Shown: positions 14,982-29,417 of the stretch, one piece after another | Layout of the letters: each line of letters opens with the position of its first letter | How positions within the stretch are numbered: position 1 is the first letter of the stretch | Source of the DNA: the human T2T-CHM13v2.0 reference genome, Homo sapiens | Strand: one strand, 5' to 3' | Length of the DNA: 64,000 bases | Assembly (NCBI RefSeq): GCF_009914755.1 | Contig: NC_060925.1 | The notes under the pieces: model-generated | Told to the model about the DNA's origin: nothing | The model's input: only the letters and a program-made list of their open reading frames with translations | The model's database searches: none | Translations under genes and position numbers: made by a program

Positions 14982-16049
14982 GGAGACCAAAAGACTTTAA
15001 AGCACTGTTAATTTAATTGGGAAGATAAGAAATACTATTCATATTATAGTTGAGATTTGAGATGGGCTTTGAAGGATGAATAGGTTTTTTGACAGCAATT
15101 GGAGGGAGGATATTCCAAGTGAAATGAATACTGAGCAAAGACTCAAAGATGAGAAAACATGGACTAGGTTATAGGAATGTAACAGTTTGGCTAGTATATT
15201 TGTGTAGGGAAAAAATAAAAGATATGCTGGAATGAAGTGAAAAGGTGTTTAGATATTTCCAATTTTGTAGAATTTTATTTTTAATTCAGTTGGTGTACTA
15301 ATTGTAAAATTACCTTGACCAAACTGATATCAGGATGACAATGTCAACATTGCACACTCTTTGAAGACAGTTCTCATTTGCTGAATGAATGAATGAATGC
15401 TGACCCACACATTTTCAAGGAAAACCTTGGTTATGTTCAATACATGTATTTTAAAACTGAGGGAAGTATGTCCTTTCTGAGAGATTGTCATCAACATGGA
15501 TAACTGAAAGGTTTTGATGCTTAAAAGGATAAGCTCCAAATATCTGGAACATTCACTTGCATATATCACTACATTTCCCAATAGTATTTGTTAAATTAAA
15601 CCTTAGGTAATAAAGTGCTAGGGTTCTTTTTCCTGTTCTAACGAAGTGAATATCATAAATCAATTCATTTGTTTTGCTGATTTATCACATTCATGGGTGC
15701 TGACTTTTTTTTTTAATCTGCTCCCAACTTTTGCTTTATCGTCATTGAAATATGCTTTTCTTCTGGTGGTGAAAGTAGTATGTGAATGTTTAATATGTAA
15801 TTCTATAATACTGTGAATTCTGCATATCTTGTTCTGTTTTGCTAAAAAAGTGAAAAAATATTTCCCTGTGATGTGAAACAGCCATTGAAGTTTGGTGAGT
15901 TTATGAGTTGGATAACTATTATAATTACTCAGTGTATCTTGCTGTTGAAAAGCATAAGTTAAAATGTTTTCATTTATTCTACTTGGTTGTAGTTATAAAA
16001 TTATATGGCCCAATAAATCTGTACAATAAATGGCCTTTTAATATATATA

Positions 16050-16620
16050 TTTTAATTTTTAGAAATTAAAAGATTACAGAAAAGTCCAAAGGTTATGTCA
16101 GAATTATCAAACATTAATATTTTTGCATATTTAGCTATCCTTCTAAAATTACATCAATAATATGTCTTTAAAAATAGAATATTTCAAATAAAGTTGAATT
16201 TTTTTTTTTTTTTACCACCATCTCCAATTCTGATCCTCTGTCTTGTATAAAGTAACCTATTATAAATTGGGTATGTATGTTCCTAGTACTTTTTTGGTAT
16301 TTTTACTCATTTGTGTAACCATACATTTTTAAATTTTTTATTTGAAGAGATGGTTATCATAGTGAATGTATTCTACAACTTGCATTTTTTCACTCAATAA
16401 TTCTGATATCTAGCCATCTTGATACTTCCAGACGTAGTTCATTCTTTTAACTGCTATGTAGCATATATCTATAATATATCTCTAACAGATTTTAGATTGT
16501 CTGCAGTTATGAGCAGTTCATCTGTGAACATTTTTCTTCATATTTTCTTATACATTCAAGCAAATGTTTTTCTAGTAGGTGCCTAGAAATAAAATTGCAT
16601 GGCATATGACAGTGAAAATC
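16050..16620 (-). mobile_element. Old L1 (L1ME-like) fragment
   Basis: ttctacaacttgcattttttcactcaata...tagttcattcttttaactgct...ctagaaataaaattgc. Confidence 0.5.
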
Positions 16621-17039
16621 TTTATATTGTTAATGATTAATGTACTTTAACCAATAGTTTTTTAGTCATAAATGACTGTAGACTCTTACTTAATATTATA
16701 GTTTTTAAAACTTGTCAAATTTTATTTAGTTAGGTCACAACCATCTGTTTTATCAAGGTGGATTTGGTCTGTTCTATGACAATATGCTGTGTTCTTAACA
16801 ATCAGCAGTTATCTCATAATCTTATAACTACTGAGGAAAGCAGTGAAATAAATGGATGGATGCACAGATGGGCAAAGTCTATCACTACCACTGAAATAAT
16901 TATTTTAAGTACATGCCATATTTAACTGTGTCAATACATTTTATTTTGAGTTTGGGGATGCCATCCTAGAAACTGAATATACATGTAAATAATTAAACTG
17001 TTGTATATTATTCCAACAAGTACATTTAGGGTACTGTTG

Positions 17040-17520
17040 TAAAACATTTTCAAAATTAAATGTCAAATGGAAATTCAAATTCAATAAAATTAAGGATTAT
17101 AAAACTAAAGCTAAGCATGTTGTATGTAACAGAAGTTATTCTGGAAAGTCCTGCAAAAATTAGAATTTGCATTCATATTGTGAATTACTGTACTGCTTTA
17201 AAAAGGAACAAGGAAGGTATTTATGTTTTGATGTAGAAAGATCTTGAAGATCTATTTAAGTTACATAAAGGCAAGACAAAGCAAAGTACATATTGTCCTA
17301 ATATTTGTGTAAAAATGAAGTATTTGTTTTAACTTACATATACGTGAAGTGATCTCTGAACCAAAAACTAATAATAGTGATTATGTGTTGTGAAGGTTGG
17401 GAATTGGGCAGATAGATACAGAACAAGAGAGAAACTAAAAAAAAAATGGATTCTGACAGAGAAACTTTTTACATACCTTTTTAAAAATACCTTTTCACAT
17501 TTGAAGCTTTGAGTATATTG
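17040..17520 (+). mobile_element. Old L1 (L1ME-like) 3' end fragment
   Basis: tactgtactgctttaaaaagga...gaaagatcttgaagat...gagaaactttttacatacctttt pattern. Confidence 0.45.
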
Positions 17521-18259
17521 CCGTTTTTTTAAAAAAGTAATCTATAATTTTAATATTTCTATTGTATACAATTGAAAAGTATTTTTAAATTTCCCATGTA
17601 TATGGAAAAAATAAATTAGTAAAAACAATCATGAGCCAAATGACAACTTTGGCTGAACCCTGTACTGATATGGAAGGTAATAATGATACGTGGGTTAGTA
17701 ATAAAGCACCTCTCCTTTGGTAATTGTAAGGGTTCTAGTTTTCAAAATGGCAGTTCATGACTTTCCACAGCCTCTTCCTGTGGTGAATTTCTGGCCAGTT
17801 GGATGACAGAAATACAGGGCTTGCTAAAAGTTAAAGTATCTTGGCAGTTCTGGAAAGAGACCATCAAAACCACCAGCCAATGCTACCTCAGCAATATTAC
17901 CAATAACCAGTTGTTCACTAAGAACCGGTCAGGGCGCGGTGTGGACCATAGGTATCTTTGCTATTCTGGACTGTTAGTTTGCTTCCTGATGTGCCTCTGC
18001 TTATCTTTTCTTCCTCTCAGTTTCATTGGGATCCTCAGCTATTGAGTTCTGTCCTGGTGCATTCCAGCCCCACTGCAAAAGAATAGGAATGAGCATCTAA
18101 CACATCCATCTCTGAATGCAGAAGAGGTTGAAGTATAACAACCTTATTCATTATTATTACTTGCTTAATGAATTTCTGGATTTTTATTATCTGTCATTAA
18201 ATATCCAGGACAGGTGTCATCCATTTATCCTTATATCAGTTCAGTAATCTATTCAGTGA

Positions 18260-18460
18260 ATATCAGAACTGGGTGACATCCTGATTTTACCACTTACTGG
18301 CTCTGTGGCACTGGCTATGGTTTTATCCTCACAGAGCTTCAGTTGCTTCATCTTTAAAGTTTGACCAATAGTAACTAATTAAACAGGTAGGTGGAAGATA
18401 CCATACGTAAAGTTTCTAGACTAGGTGCCAAAGCATAGGAGTCGCTCAAGAGATGGTAGC
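18260..18460 (+). mobile_element. MIR
   Basis: atcctgattttaccacttactggctctgtg...ttcagttgcttcatctttaaa MIR core. Confidence 0.6.
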
Positions 18461-19792
18461 TGAAAAAGGAAGTTTCTTACAGTTTTTGATGGTGTATGGA
18501 GTGACAGTATTCAATGCAAGTAGTGTCTAATTTGTGTAGTCTAATTAGTGGCATTTTAAAATCCCATTGTAGGCTTTAAAAAAATCTGAGGGATTGAATG
18601 TTGTTCTTCTTACTATATTAGAAAAGAAGATTAAGAAGGAACAAAAGTAGTTTCCTTTTAATAGATCCATTAATGGAAAACAAGCAGATTTCTTTGGAAT
18701 GAAAAATAATGGAAAGTTCATAGGCAAATGCTTGAAAAGCATTTTTCCCCACAGAGGACAGTTTAGAGATTTTAAGAAATAAGAGTCTCATGTTTGTGGA
18801 AAATTAGAAATAATACCTCCTTTTTCTGATATAATTGAGCAAGAATTGAGGACTGAATTTCCATCTCTGTCTCCCCCTCCCCGCTCCCTGAACAGAGAGA
18901 TTTTGCCTTTCAAGGTCTCAGTCTGAGGATTTTTGCTTGATATAGGACCTGTATTCTTTTCTCATTCTGTTCCTGTGATATTTTTAGAAGTATCCATTTT
19001 CCTTCTAATATGCCCATTCTGCCCGTCTTTGAAGTACCTATATCTTTAAATGATGCCTGTATTCACCAGTCTGAAGACTCTTCTGACTGGGTTTTGCAGG
19101 GAGCTTGTGGTGCATGGGGCATGGGGCATTGACTCCGCCAAGGTGCTTTGCAGGCTAGGCATAACTTATCCAGGTGAGGACAGGTACTAGAAGGAAGTGA
19201 GAAGAATAATGTTCTGTGGCCCTTTCAGAACCTCAAGAATACCTTGGCAGATCCAAGCGTTCTGCTTATAGAATGTTAGCAGTAGTAGAGCATTATTTCT
19301 GTAATTAGGCACATAGGCAAGAGTTAAGTAAAAAGTCCGGAATATTAACCTTAAAAAGGAAGACTTGGTAGCACAGAATATCTGTGTCTCAGGGGGAAAA
19401 AAGCCAGTAGGCATGTTCTGTGACACCTCAAAAAACTGTAAAAGGTGGAAAGTAGTACAATTTCCAAGAATTAGTTAGCTCTTCAAGGAGAGTGAGTTCC
19501 CCACCATTGGTGTTACTGAAGGAAAAAGAAGGGCAACCACTTTTCAGGGTTATTGAAGGAATTTACCCATCAGATTCATTTTGATGTCAATAACCACTAA
19601 GCTCTCCTCTGTCTTAAAGATTAAATAATTTTTCAAATTAGATTCATTTTTTACCTTTTATCCATTGGACAGTTTTTACATCAGTGTTTTATTTAGCATC
19701 ATTCTGATTGTTGTTTACTTTTTAAAGGGGAGAAGGAGAAAAGGGGAGAGGAAAGGAAGACCACATTAAATTCCCAAATAAAAGAAGCAATA

Positions 19793-19992
19793 CAATCTGG
19801 GAAAAATAGCGAGACCTTGTCTCTACTAAAAAAAAAAAAAAAAAAAAAAAAAAAAGTGGGCACCTGTACTCCTAGCTACTCCAGAGGATGAGGTGGGAGG
19901 ATTGCTTGAGCCAGGTTTTTGATGCTGCAGTGAGCTCTGATCATGCCACTGCACTCCAGTGTGGGTTACAGAATGAGATCCTGTCTCAAAAA
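19793..19992 (+). mobile_element. 5'-truncated AluJ with expanded central A-run
   Basis: ctgggaaaaatagcgagaccttgtctctact, then A28, then the right monomer. Confidence 0.8.
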
Positions 19993-20077
19993 GTATATAT
20001 AAATTTAAAAAAAGAAGAAATAAATTAAATTTTAAAAATTAAATGTAAAATGTTATGAACCTTCCCCCGCCCTTAAC

Positions 20078-21085
20078 AAAATTTTAAGTGTATAGGACAT
20101 TATTGTTAACACAACTTTAAGCACAGTGTTGTACAGCAGACCTCTGGAACTTCATCTTGCATAACTGACACTTTATACACATTAACAGCAACTGCTTCCC
20201 CACCTCAGTTCCTGGCAACCATCATTCTACTTTCTGCATCTATGAGTTTGACTACTTTAGACACTTCATCAGTGGAGGCATGCAGTATTTGTCCTTCTGT
20301 GACTGGCTTATTTCACTTGGCATGATGTTCTCAAGGTTAATCTGTGTTGTTGCATACGATGGAATTTCATTCTTTTAAAAGGCTGAATAATATTTTACTG
20401 TGTGTATATCACACAGTAAATCCATTTTATCCATTCATCTGTTGATGGACATTAAAGTTGTTTTTACATATTGGCTGTTGTGTACAATGCTTCATTGTAC
20501 ATATGGGAGTGCCACTATCTCTTAAAGATTCTGACTTCAGTTCTTTTAAAAAATTAAACACAGAACTACCATATCCCAGAAGTGGGATTGGTAGATCATA
20601 TGTTAGTTTTGTGTTTAATTTTTTTTAAAAGCATTTTCCTTATTATTGTTTGGATATGCATTTCCCTGATGGTTAGTGATGTCCAGCATCTTCCTATACC
20701 TGTTAGTCATTTGTGTGTCTTCTTTGGAGAAGTGTCAATTCAAGTCCTTTGCCCATTTTTTAATTGAGATATTTGGAGTTTTTTGCTATTGAGTTATAGC
20801 AGTTTCTTATATGTTACAGCTGTTAACCCCTTATCAGATATGTGGTTAGCAAATATATTCTCCGATCTTGTAGGTTGCCATTTCATTGTTTCCTTTGCTA
20901 TGCAGAAACTTTTTAGTTTGATACAGTCATGCTCCTTGTCTGTTTTTTCTTCTTTTGACTGTGCTTTTGATGTCATAGCCAACAAATCGTTGCCAAGACC
21001 CATGTAATAAAAATTTCCCCCTATGTTCTAGGAATTTTACAGTTCTGGGTCCTTTGTTTCAGTCCTTAATCCATTTTTAGTTGGT
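20078..21085 (-). mobile_element. L1MA/L1MB-type 3' fragment
   Basis: L1MA9-like 3'UTR (tgttgtacagcagacctctggaactt); ORF 20794-21003 resembles the L1 ORF2 C-terminus (IKLKSFCIAKET...IFANHISDKGL). Confidence 0.8.
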
Positions 21086-22871
21086 ATTGCTTTTTAAGGA
21101 AGCCATTATTTTAAAAATAAAAATGAAAAACCCATCTCCTTTTTATATATACCTCCTCTTGATATTTTTTGGATAGATATACCTTCACTGTGCTAACTAG
21201 AGAGAGGAAGTACTCTTTTGCAATGCCTGCGAGGCATAACTAAACATAAAGGCCCTTTTCTTTCAGAAAAAATTGACTTCCTGATGAAAAGATCCTGTAT
21301 TATTTAGTGTTTCCAGAATATCAAGATGATAAATTATCACTGGAAATTATACATTTCCACAGTCATCATTGGATAGATTATAATTGGCGATATTTTGTAA
21401 TTCTGTATGTCTGGGAATATGTTAACTGAAATACTTTGTAAAAAGTATAAGACTCATAGGAATTTACTTTTCTGACTTTTTGTTTACGAGCTTTACACCA
21501 CATAAAATTAAGTTAAATGACTACATGCTTCCTATAAAGCATGTCTGAAACCCAGCCCTCTCTAATCATGGTAGCCATTTAAAGTGAAGCTGAAGAGGAG
21601 CCATGCTATTATTCTTCCTTTCCCCCAGCCGTTTCAAGATTAGATTTTGCCAGAGAAATAACAGACACATCTGGTATAGGAGACACTTATAACAAATCTT
21701 TCTATGTAGAGAACCGTTTTATTAATTGTGCCTTCTAATTCAAAATATACTACAAAGTTAAATAAATGTGATTAGAAAGGTTCTTTGTGATAATTTTAAG
21801 TACTGTTTGATTGGGAGATGGGCTGATGGAGAGGGGAAATAATCTAGATTTATTTCATCAGAATTAGTCCTACATTGATTATTCTGGGTAAAAAATAATA
21901 AATTATGTAAGTTTAAGAACTATTAAACTTTTAAGATTAACAATGTAGAATACAGGGTCATTTTGTAGGTGGCTCTAAATTAAGCCTTTAGATTGAATCA
22001 TTTTATGAGACCAAATAATCAGTTTAAAGTACCTTATGCTTTACCTGATTTAATAATCAACAAAACATTTTATTCTAAATTTATTGTAAAGCAAGATAGT
22101 AATTGGATTTTTTATCCCCAAGAATCAACTGCTGGAGGTATCTTGTTTACTATATTCATGTAGCCAGAAGTGAAAAGTAACTGAAGACTTTATTGTTACA
22201 GTCCTGTCTTATATTCTATGTATGTCTGCACCCTGCCTTAAGTGTGGTTGTTTGGAACCGAAATAACATCTTTCTTGTTGGAAAATATGGATGTATATGT
22301 CTTATGTGCATTAACAATGCTTCTGAAACATGACCTTACTAAATATATCAAGCCTTTCCATATATCAGCTTTAGTATTTATCAATAAATATATACAGGAA
22401 GCTATGAAATATATGTATAGAAATAAATATTTAATATTTAGTTGGGTGACTATATTTGTACCATATTTTGTGAGAATAAATTTTCTTTGGATTATAATAG
22501 TAATGTTTATTTTAGAAAATTTAGAAAAATGCTTTTGTATTTGAAGTCTCAGAGCAAGTAAGGTAAAATGCTGTAAAATTTATATAACCATTGAAATGTT
22601 AGGCTCACAACAAATCTTTGATAATCTATATTCAGTTCAGCAGGCCAAGACACTGGGGAGGAGAAAGGTTCTGTGGTAGTAAATACTAGCACTATTTAGT
22701 CACATAATTTTGAAATGCGGCATTATTTTTGTTATGTAGAACTAGAAAATAGGAAAATAAAAATCATTAAATAAATAGCAGTAACAGTACCGACATTTTT
22801 GGACATTACAGCTCTACCAGTTCTTAGCTTTCTAGTTGACACCATTACTATTTATTTATTTATTTAATTTT

Positions 22872-24473
22872 GTAACAAGAATGCAGATGCCATTTATTTG
22901 GTCCATAAGTATAGCCATTGAGTTTTACAAAACATCAACTATAAATAACCTGAAACTATAACAATACACAAAAATTGGCTTCATACACAGACATACCAGG
23001 CAGTACAAACTGAAAACGTGAGTAAATTAACATTGTTTTACATTAATATACATAGTGCCATTTAACATTTAAAAACAAGTTTCAATACATAGCATTTGAT
23101 ACTTCTTTGAATCTGTTTCAGTCAGAGTATGAAAATGGTTAGAGCTAGGCTAAAATTAATTTTTCTAGCCAAAAATAAAGGCATGATATTTATAACCAGG
23201 TATCAACTTAACCACAATATTTTGAAACTGTTAATGATACCTAAGGGTATTTACATTAAAAAGGCAACATGCATTGTGTTGTTTTATCTCATGACTGGTT
23301 ATGCACATACTTTGTTCAAAGGGTTTTTAAAGCTATATTCCTACTTTCAGTATAGCATACTGCAGTGTGTCTAACAGTTCTAGCAAAATGAATGCTTTCA
23401 GAGGGAGCAGAATCATTTTCAAGTCACTGGTGTCCATTTTTTCCCCTTTGGAACAAAGGACATAACAAATAATCTGGTTCTGCCTAGATAAACTAAGTAG
23501 TAAGAGGGCTCTGTTTAGAGGCATTTCTGTTCAATCTAATGCTATGACATCATCCAGCTCTTCCTTCTGTTCTATACGTGACCTCTTTGCACTGAGATTC
23601 TCTTTCTCGTCTGATTTCCTCTTGCGGCTTCTCTCTTCTTCACTGACGTCAGCATTCTTTGAAGAATCTTCTTCATCCGAATCAACTGTGAGAACATCAT
23701 CTTGCTCTTGAGCTGTGGAGGTGGAAGGCTGACCTCCATCATTACTGCCATTGGTTATGCTTTTGGCAGCATCTTCAGCTTGTTTTGGCCCCACTTTTTC
23801 TGGGGCATCACCAACACTTCAAATTCAACATCCTTTCCTAGGTCTTCACTATGAAGGATGTTGATCAATAAAGTATAGTCCTGGAGGAAGTAATCTGCTT
23901 GAAGCCAGCTGCAATTTCTCATTCCAAATTCTGACAACTTCTTGTGATTATTAGCTTCTGTCTCTCCCTTTTCAGAAGATATTAGGATTGTTCCTTTCCC
24001 ATCTTCAATTTGGACATCTGGTGCTACCATAGCAAATTTTTGTTTCACTACCTTGTCTCGTAAGGTGAGAACAGTCACTTTATGGACATTCAGCCGTACA
24101 GTCACCTGGCTTGCTGGCACATATGTAACAATTGGGGTTGGGAGGATCCAGTGCACAAGGCACAAGAAACTTCTTTCTTGGATTTGCTTGTTTATTCAAA
24201 ACAATTGTTCTGCAGTGGTCTATTTTTCCTGATAAGATCTTCAATCTTTCCAATACTGTCAACCCAGCAATCACTGCATTAGTAGTAGCAATAGCAGGAA
24301 TAATATTCCCTGCCACTGATTTGATATCAAATCTACTCTTCATATTCATACTGAAAATATGCATCCTGAGGTTTGTAGCAGAGGTAACAAAATCCATTGC
24401 ATATGGGTCATCCTTATCCCATGTGAGCTCAGCTCCATCCCCCTTTTCTGCTAAATGAACTCTCAGAGTCTCA
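22872..24473 (-). pseudogene. UBA2 processed pseudogene, 3' non-inverted segment (about codon 328 to stop, plus 3'UTR)
   Basis: Minus-strand ORFs 24080-24397, 23755-24165 and 23531-23794 match the UBA2 C-terminal half (MDFVTSA.NLRMHIFSMN...EELDDVIALD*) in shifted frames with no introns. TGA at 23531-23533; AATAAA (tttatt 22893-22898) ~20 nt before an A-rich tail at 22851-22871. Confidence 0.95.
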
Positions 24474-24475
24474 GT

Positions 24476-25657
<1,182 letters not shown>

Positions 25658-27140
25658 TAGAAAGCAAACATAGGAAGACAGCAACTAGACAACTAGGCAT
25701 GAAATGTCAATGTATATTTCTGCCTTCACACATAAGTGAGGGATGTTTTTAAAACCCCTTTTTAAAACTCCACATAGGTAATTGCTTTTACTGTTCACCT
25801 TTGAAGTGAGAAGTGTTTTGATAACTGCCACAGGTTGTTGAGTTAATAGCAATTTTCTGGTCAGTAGTTTTTCGAAGAAGCTGCTCTTATAGATTTGAAT
25901 AAACAGGTAATAGATGAGAATAAAGGGGACAAATATTTGGCCAGGACTTTTTTCTTTTTTAAGTAAAGAAGTAGTTCATTGCCTATGACATCTAAATTGA
26001 GAATCCAGTTTTAAACTCTTCTTAATCCATATTATCTTTAATTCCTACGTGTCAATTCAAGAAGAGTGAGAAATGAATGACTCTTTGTACCTCATTATAG
26101 GTAGACATTGGTACGTGTATGCACGGATTCAGTAACTTTAAAAGCCTGTGCCAGATGCAACTATTTAAAAGAACAATGTTTTCAATAATATGGGGGAACT
26201 AGCTTGTTTGTCAAGTTAAGAGGAAAAGATAAGATTCAAACGAGTTTATGTGTTATTAATTGATGTTTAATAAAAGCATAAGAAAAAAACAGTAAAGAGA
26301 TGTTGCCAAAGATATAACAGTGGTTGTATTTGGATGGTGAGATTGTTTATTTTCCCCTTTCTTTCTGGTTTTGGCCATTTCTTTTTGGGAGTGTATTTGC
26401 TTTTGTGGCAGGAAAAAACTGAACTCAGAACACCTTAGGAACTCTTTTTAGTCATTGGGATTAAGTCCCTGTTTTATTAGTTGATACATGTAGAAATTAT
26501 ACCTTAACTATTTTAAGTCAGAATATGTAAGTGTACAGTCATTGGTGCACATGTCAAAAATATAAAAGAGTATTTTTTTCCTTGAGTATGGGTCTACTTA
26601 TGAGAGTTGCACATTATCTTTGTTTTATAAAGCAAACCTATAATACGTAGTCTATATTTTCCATTTTGGACCGCTTTAACATGTAACCAAAAAATTTAAG
26701 ACCTTTGCAAAACAACTTAGATCTCCAGATTTTTCCCTCAAAGTCTTTTGCAATTTTTTTGTCAATGTCTGTCCTAAGAGCAGTGTTTCCTAGGTCTTTC
26801 TGGAGTATTCAGTTTGATTTTCATGGAAGCAATAGTCCTCTTTCATTTCACACTCATATGCATTGATTTTTGCAGTTACAGTAACAGAGAAAACTGCCAT
26901 AAACTAGTTTGGGAATAAACAGCCAACTAAAATGAGAACTTTATGAAACTATCAACTAAGTTGTTCATTACTGTGTATAACTTAGTATGTATCCTTTTTG
27001 TGGGAGGTGGGATCTGGGCTTTAACTCAGCATGATGATTTTGAGATCCATGGTGTACATATCAGTAGTTCTTTGATAATAGATACTATTGGGCAGTAATC
27101 CAATGTATGGATATGTTACCATTTGTTTCAAAAAAAAAAA

Positions 27141-27430
27141 AAACATATATCTAACCATATAACCCAGCCATTCCACTTGTATTTATCCAAGAGAAAGAAA
27201 AGTGTATATCCATACAGAGTCTTACGCCAAAATGTTCATCGGCTTTTATTTTCAATATGCCCAAATGGGAAACAACCCACATGTCCATCCACATGTTGTT
27301 TCCCATTTGGGCATATTGAAAATAAAAGCCGATGAACATTTTGGCGGAAGACTCTGTATGGATATATGCTTTTCTTTCTCTTGGATAAATAGGAGTGGAG
27401 TGGCTGGGTTATATGGTTAGTTATATGTTT
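27141..27430. repeat. Long inverted repeat/palindrome: arms 27141-27276 and 27295-27430, 18-nt spacer
   Basis: Manual alignment gives 136-bp arms with 7 mismatches and no indels; inner 52 bp perfect. Mirrored ORFs 27151-27339(-) and 27202-27420(+) share MFIGFYFQYAQMGNN. Confidence 0.97.
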
Positions 27431-27433
27431 AAC

Positions 27434-27739
<306 letters not shown>

Positions 27740-28411
27740 TAAGAAATTGTCCAACTGTTTTCCATAATGGTTGTCTCATTTTATATTCCCACCAGCAGTT
27801 CATGAGAATTCCAGTTACTCCACATTCTTGACAAGTCTCAGTATGACCGGTCTTCAGTTTTAGCCATTCTTACAAATTTTTGTGTTATCTCATTGTAGTT
27901 TTCCTTTTATTTTCTCTAATGACAAACGTCTTTCATCTTCTTATCTGCATATCTCTTTTTTGGGGAAGTGTCCAAATCCTTAGTTCATTTAAAAAAATGG
28001 ACTGGCTATTTTCTCATTAGGTTGTAAGATACACATTTTTTGTTGATATGATACAAATCTTTTGTTGGCTATACATTTCACAAATATTTTTTCCTTTATG
28101 TGGCTTTCCTTTTCATTTCTGTATCTTTTAATTTCAGTGAAGTCCACTATATTGATGTTTGTTTTTGTAGTTCTTGTTTACTGTGTCATATTTAAGAAAT
28201 CTTTGCCAAACCTAAAATTACTAGGATTGTTTCTTCTATAAGTTTTATAATTTTAGCTCTTATATTTAGGTCTGTGATTCATTTTAAATTCATTTTTGTA
28301 TATGATGTGAAGAATGAAGAAAGAATGAAGATTCCCTTAAAAAAATGGCTATCCAGTTGTTCCCATACTATTTGTTGAAGAGGTGATCATTTTCTTCATT
28401 GAACTATCCTA

Positions 28412-28483
28412 CCAAGTTTTTCTAAAATCAATTGATCATATTTGTATCCAAGTTTTTCTAAAATCAATTGATCATATTTGTAT
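28412..28483 (+). repeat. Perfect 36-bp tandem duplication
   Basis: ccaagtttttctaaaatcaattgatcatatttgtat twice, identical. Confidence 0.95.
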
Positions 28484-29281
28484 AGTTATATTTCTGGATT
28501 CACTATTCTGTTCCATTGATCTGGATGTCTGTCTTCATGCCAGTACTATACTGTCTGGATTACTGTAACTTGATAACAAGTCTTGAGATAAAGTGGTGTA
28601 AATCCTTCAATTTTCTTATTTTTCAATTTGTTTTGCCTATTCCAAATTATTTACATTTCCATATTAGTTGGTCAATTCATACCAAAAAGTGTCCTGGGAT
28701 TTTGATTGGGATTGCATGGCATCTGTATATAAATTTTTGGAGAATTGACATCTTAACAGTAGTCTTTCAATCATGAATGTGGCATATCTATTTAGATCTT
28801 ATTTAATTTTTCTCAGCAGAGTTTTATAATTTTTACTGTATGGTCTTGTACATCTTATTGCAAATTTATTTATATTTTTGTGCTATTTTACATGGTATTT
28901 TTTATGTGAATTTCTGATTATCTGTTATTAGTAATATACAATTGATTTAGGTATATTGATTTTTATATCCTGCAACCTTGCTAAACTCATTAATTCTCGT
29001 AGCTTTTTTATTAGATTCTTTTGGAATTTCTACGCATTCAGTCATGCTGTCTGTGACAAAAGACAGTTTTACTTCTTGCTCTCTAATCTGTGTGCCTTTC
29101 TTTTTCTTGCCTTATTGCACAGGCTAGAGCCTCCAAGACAGTGTTGTGTAAAACTGATGAGGGTGGACATCCTTGCCTCATTCATGGTTTTAGGGTGAAA
29201 GTATCCAGTCTGTCTTTCAGTAAAGTATGATACCAGCTGAACATTTTTACAGATATCCTTTTATTAGTTTGAGGAAGTTCC

Positions 29282-29417
29282 CTTCTATTCCCAGTTTGCC
29301 GAGATTTTTATCATGCTTCTAGTCCCAGTTTGCTGAGATTTTTATCATGCTTCTAGTCCCAGTTTGCTGAGATTTTTATCATGCTTCTAGTCCCAGTTTG
29401 CTGAGATTTTTATCATG
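29282..29417 (+). repeat. 34-bp minisatellite, 4 copies
   Basis: cttcta(g/t)tcccagtttgc(t/c)gagatttttatcatg x4; copies 2-4 identical, copy 1 differs at 2 sites. Confidence 0.96.

Noticed and set aside
27141-27430. Palindrome as a MITE or a named miRNA gene
   Set aside because: The arms are L1-derived with no transposon TIR/TSD signature, and I do not recognise a named miRNA; kept only as an inverted duplication.
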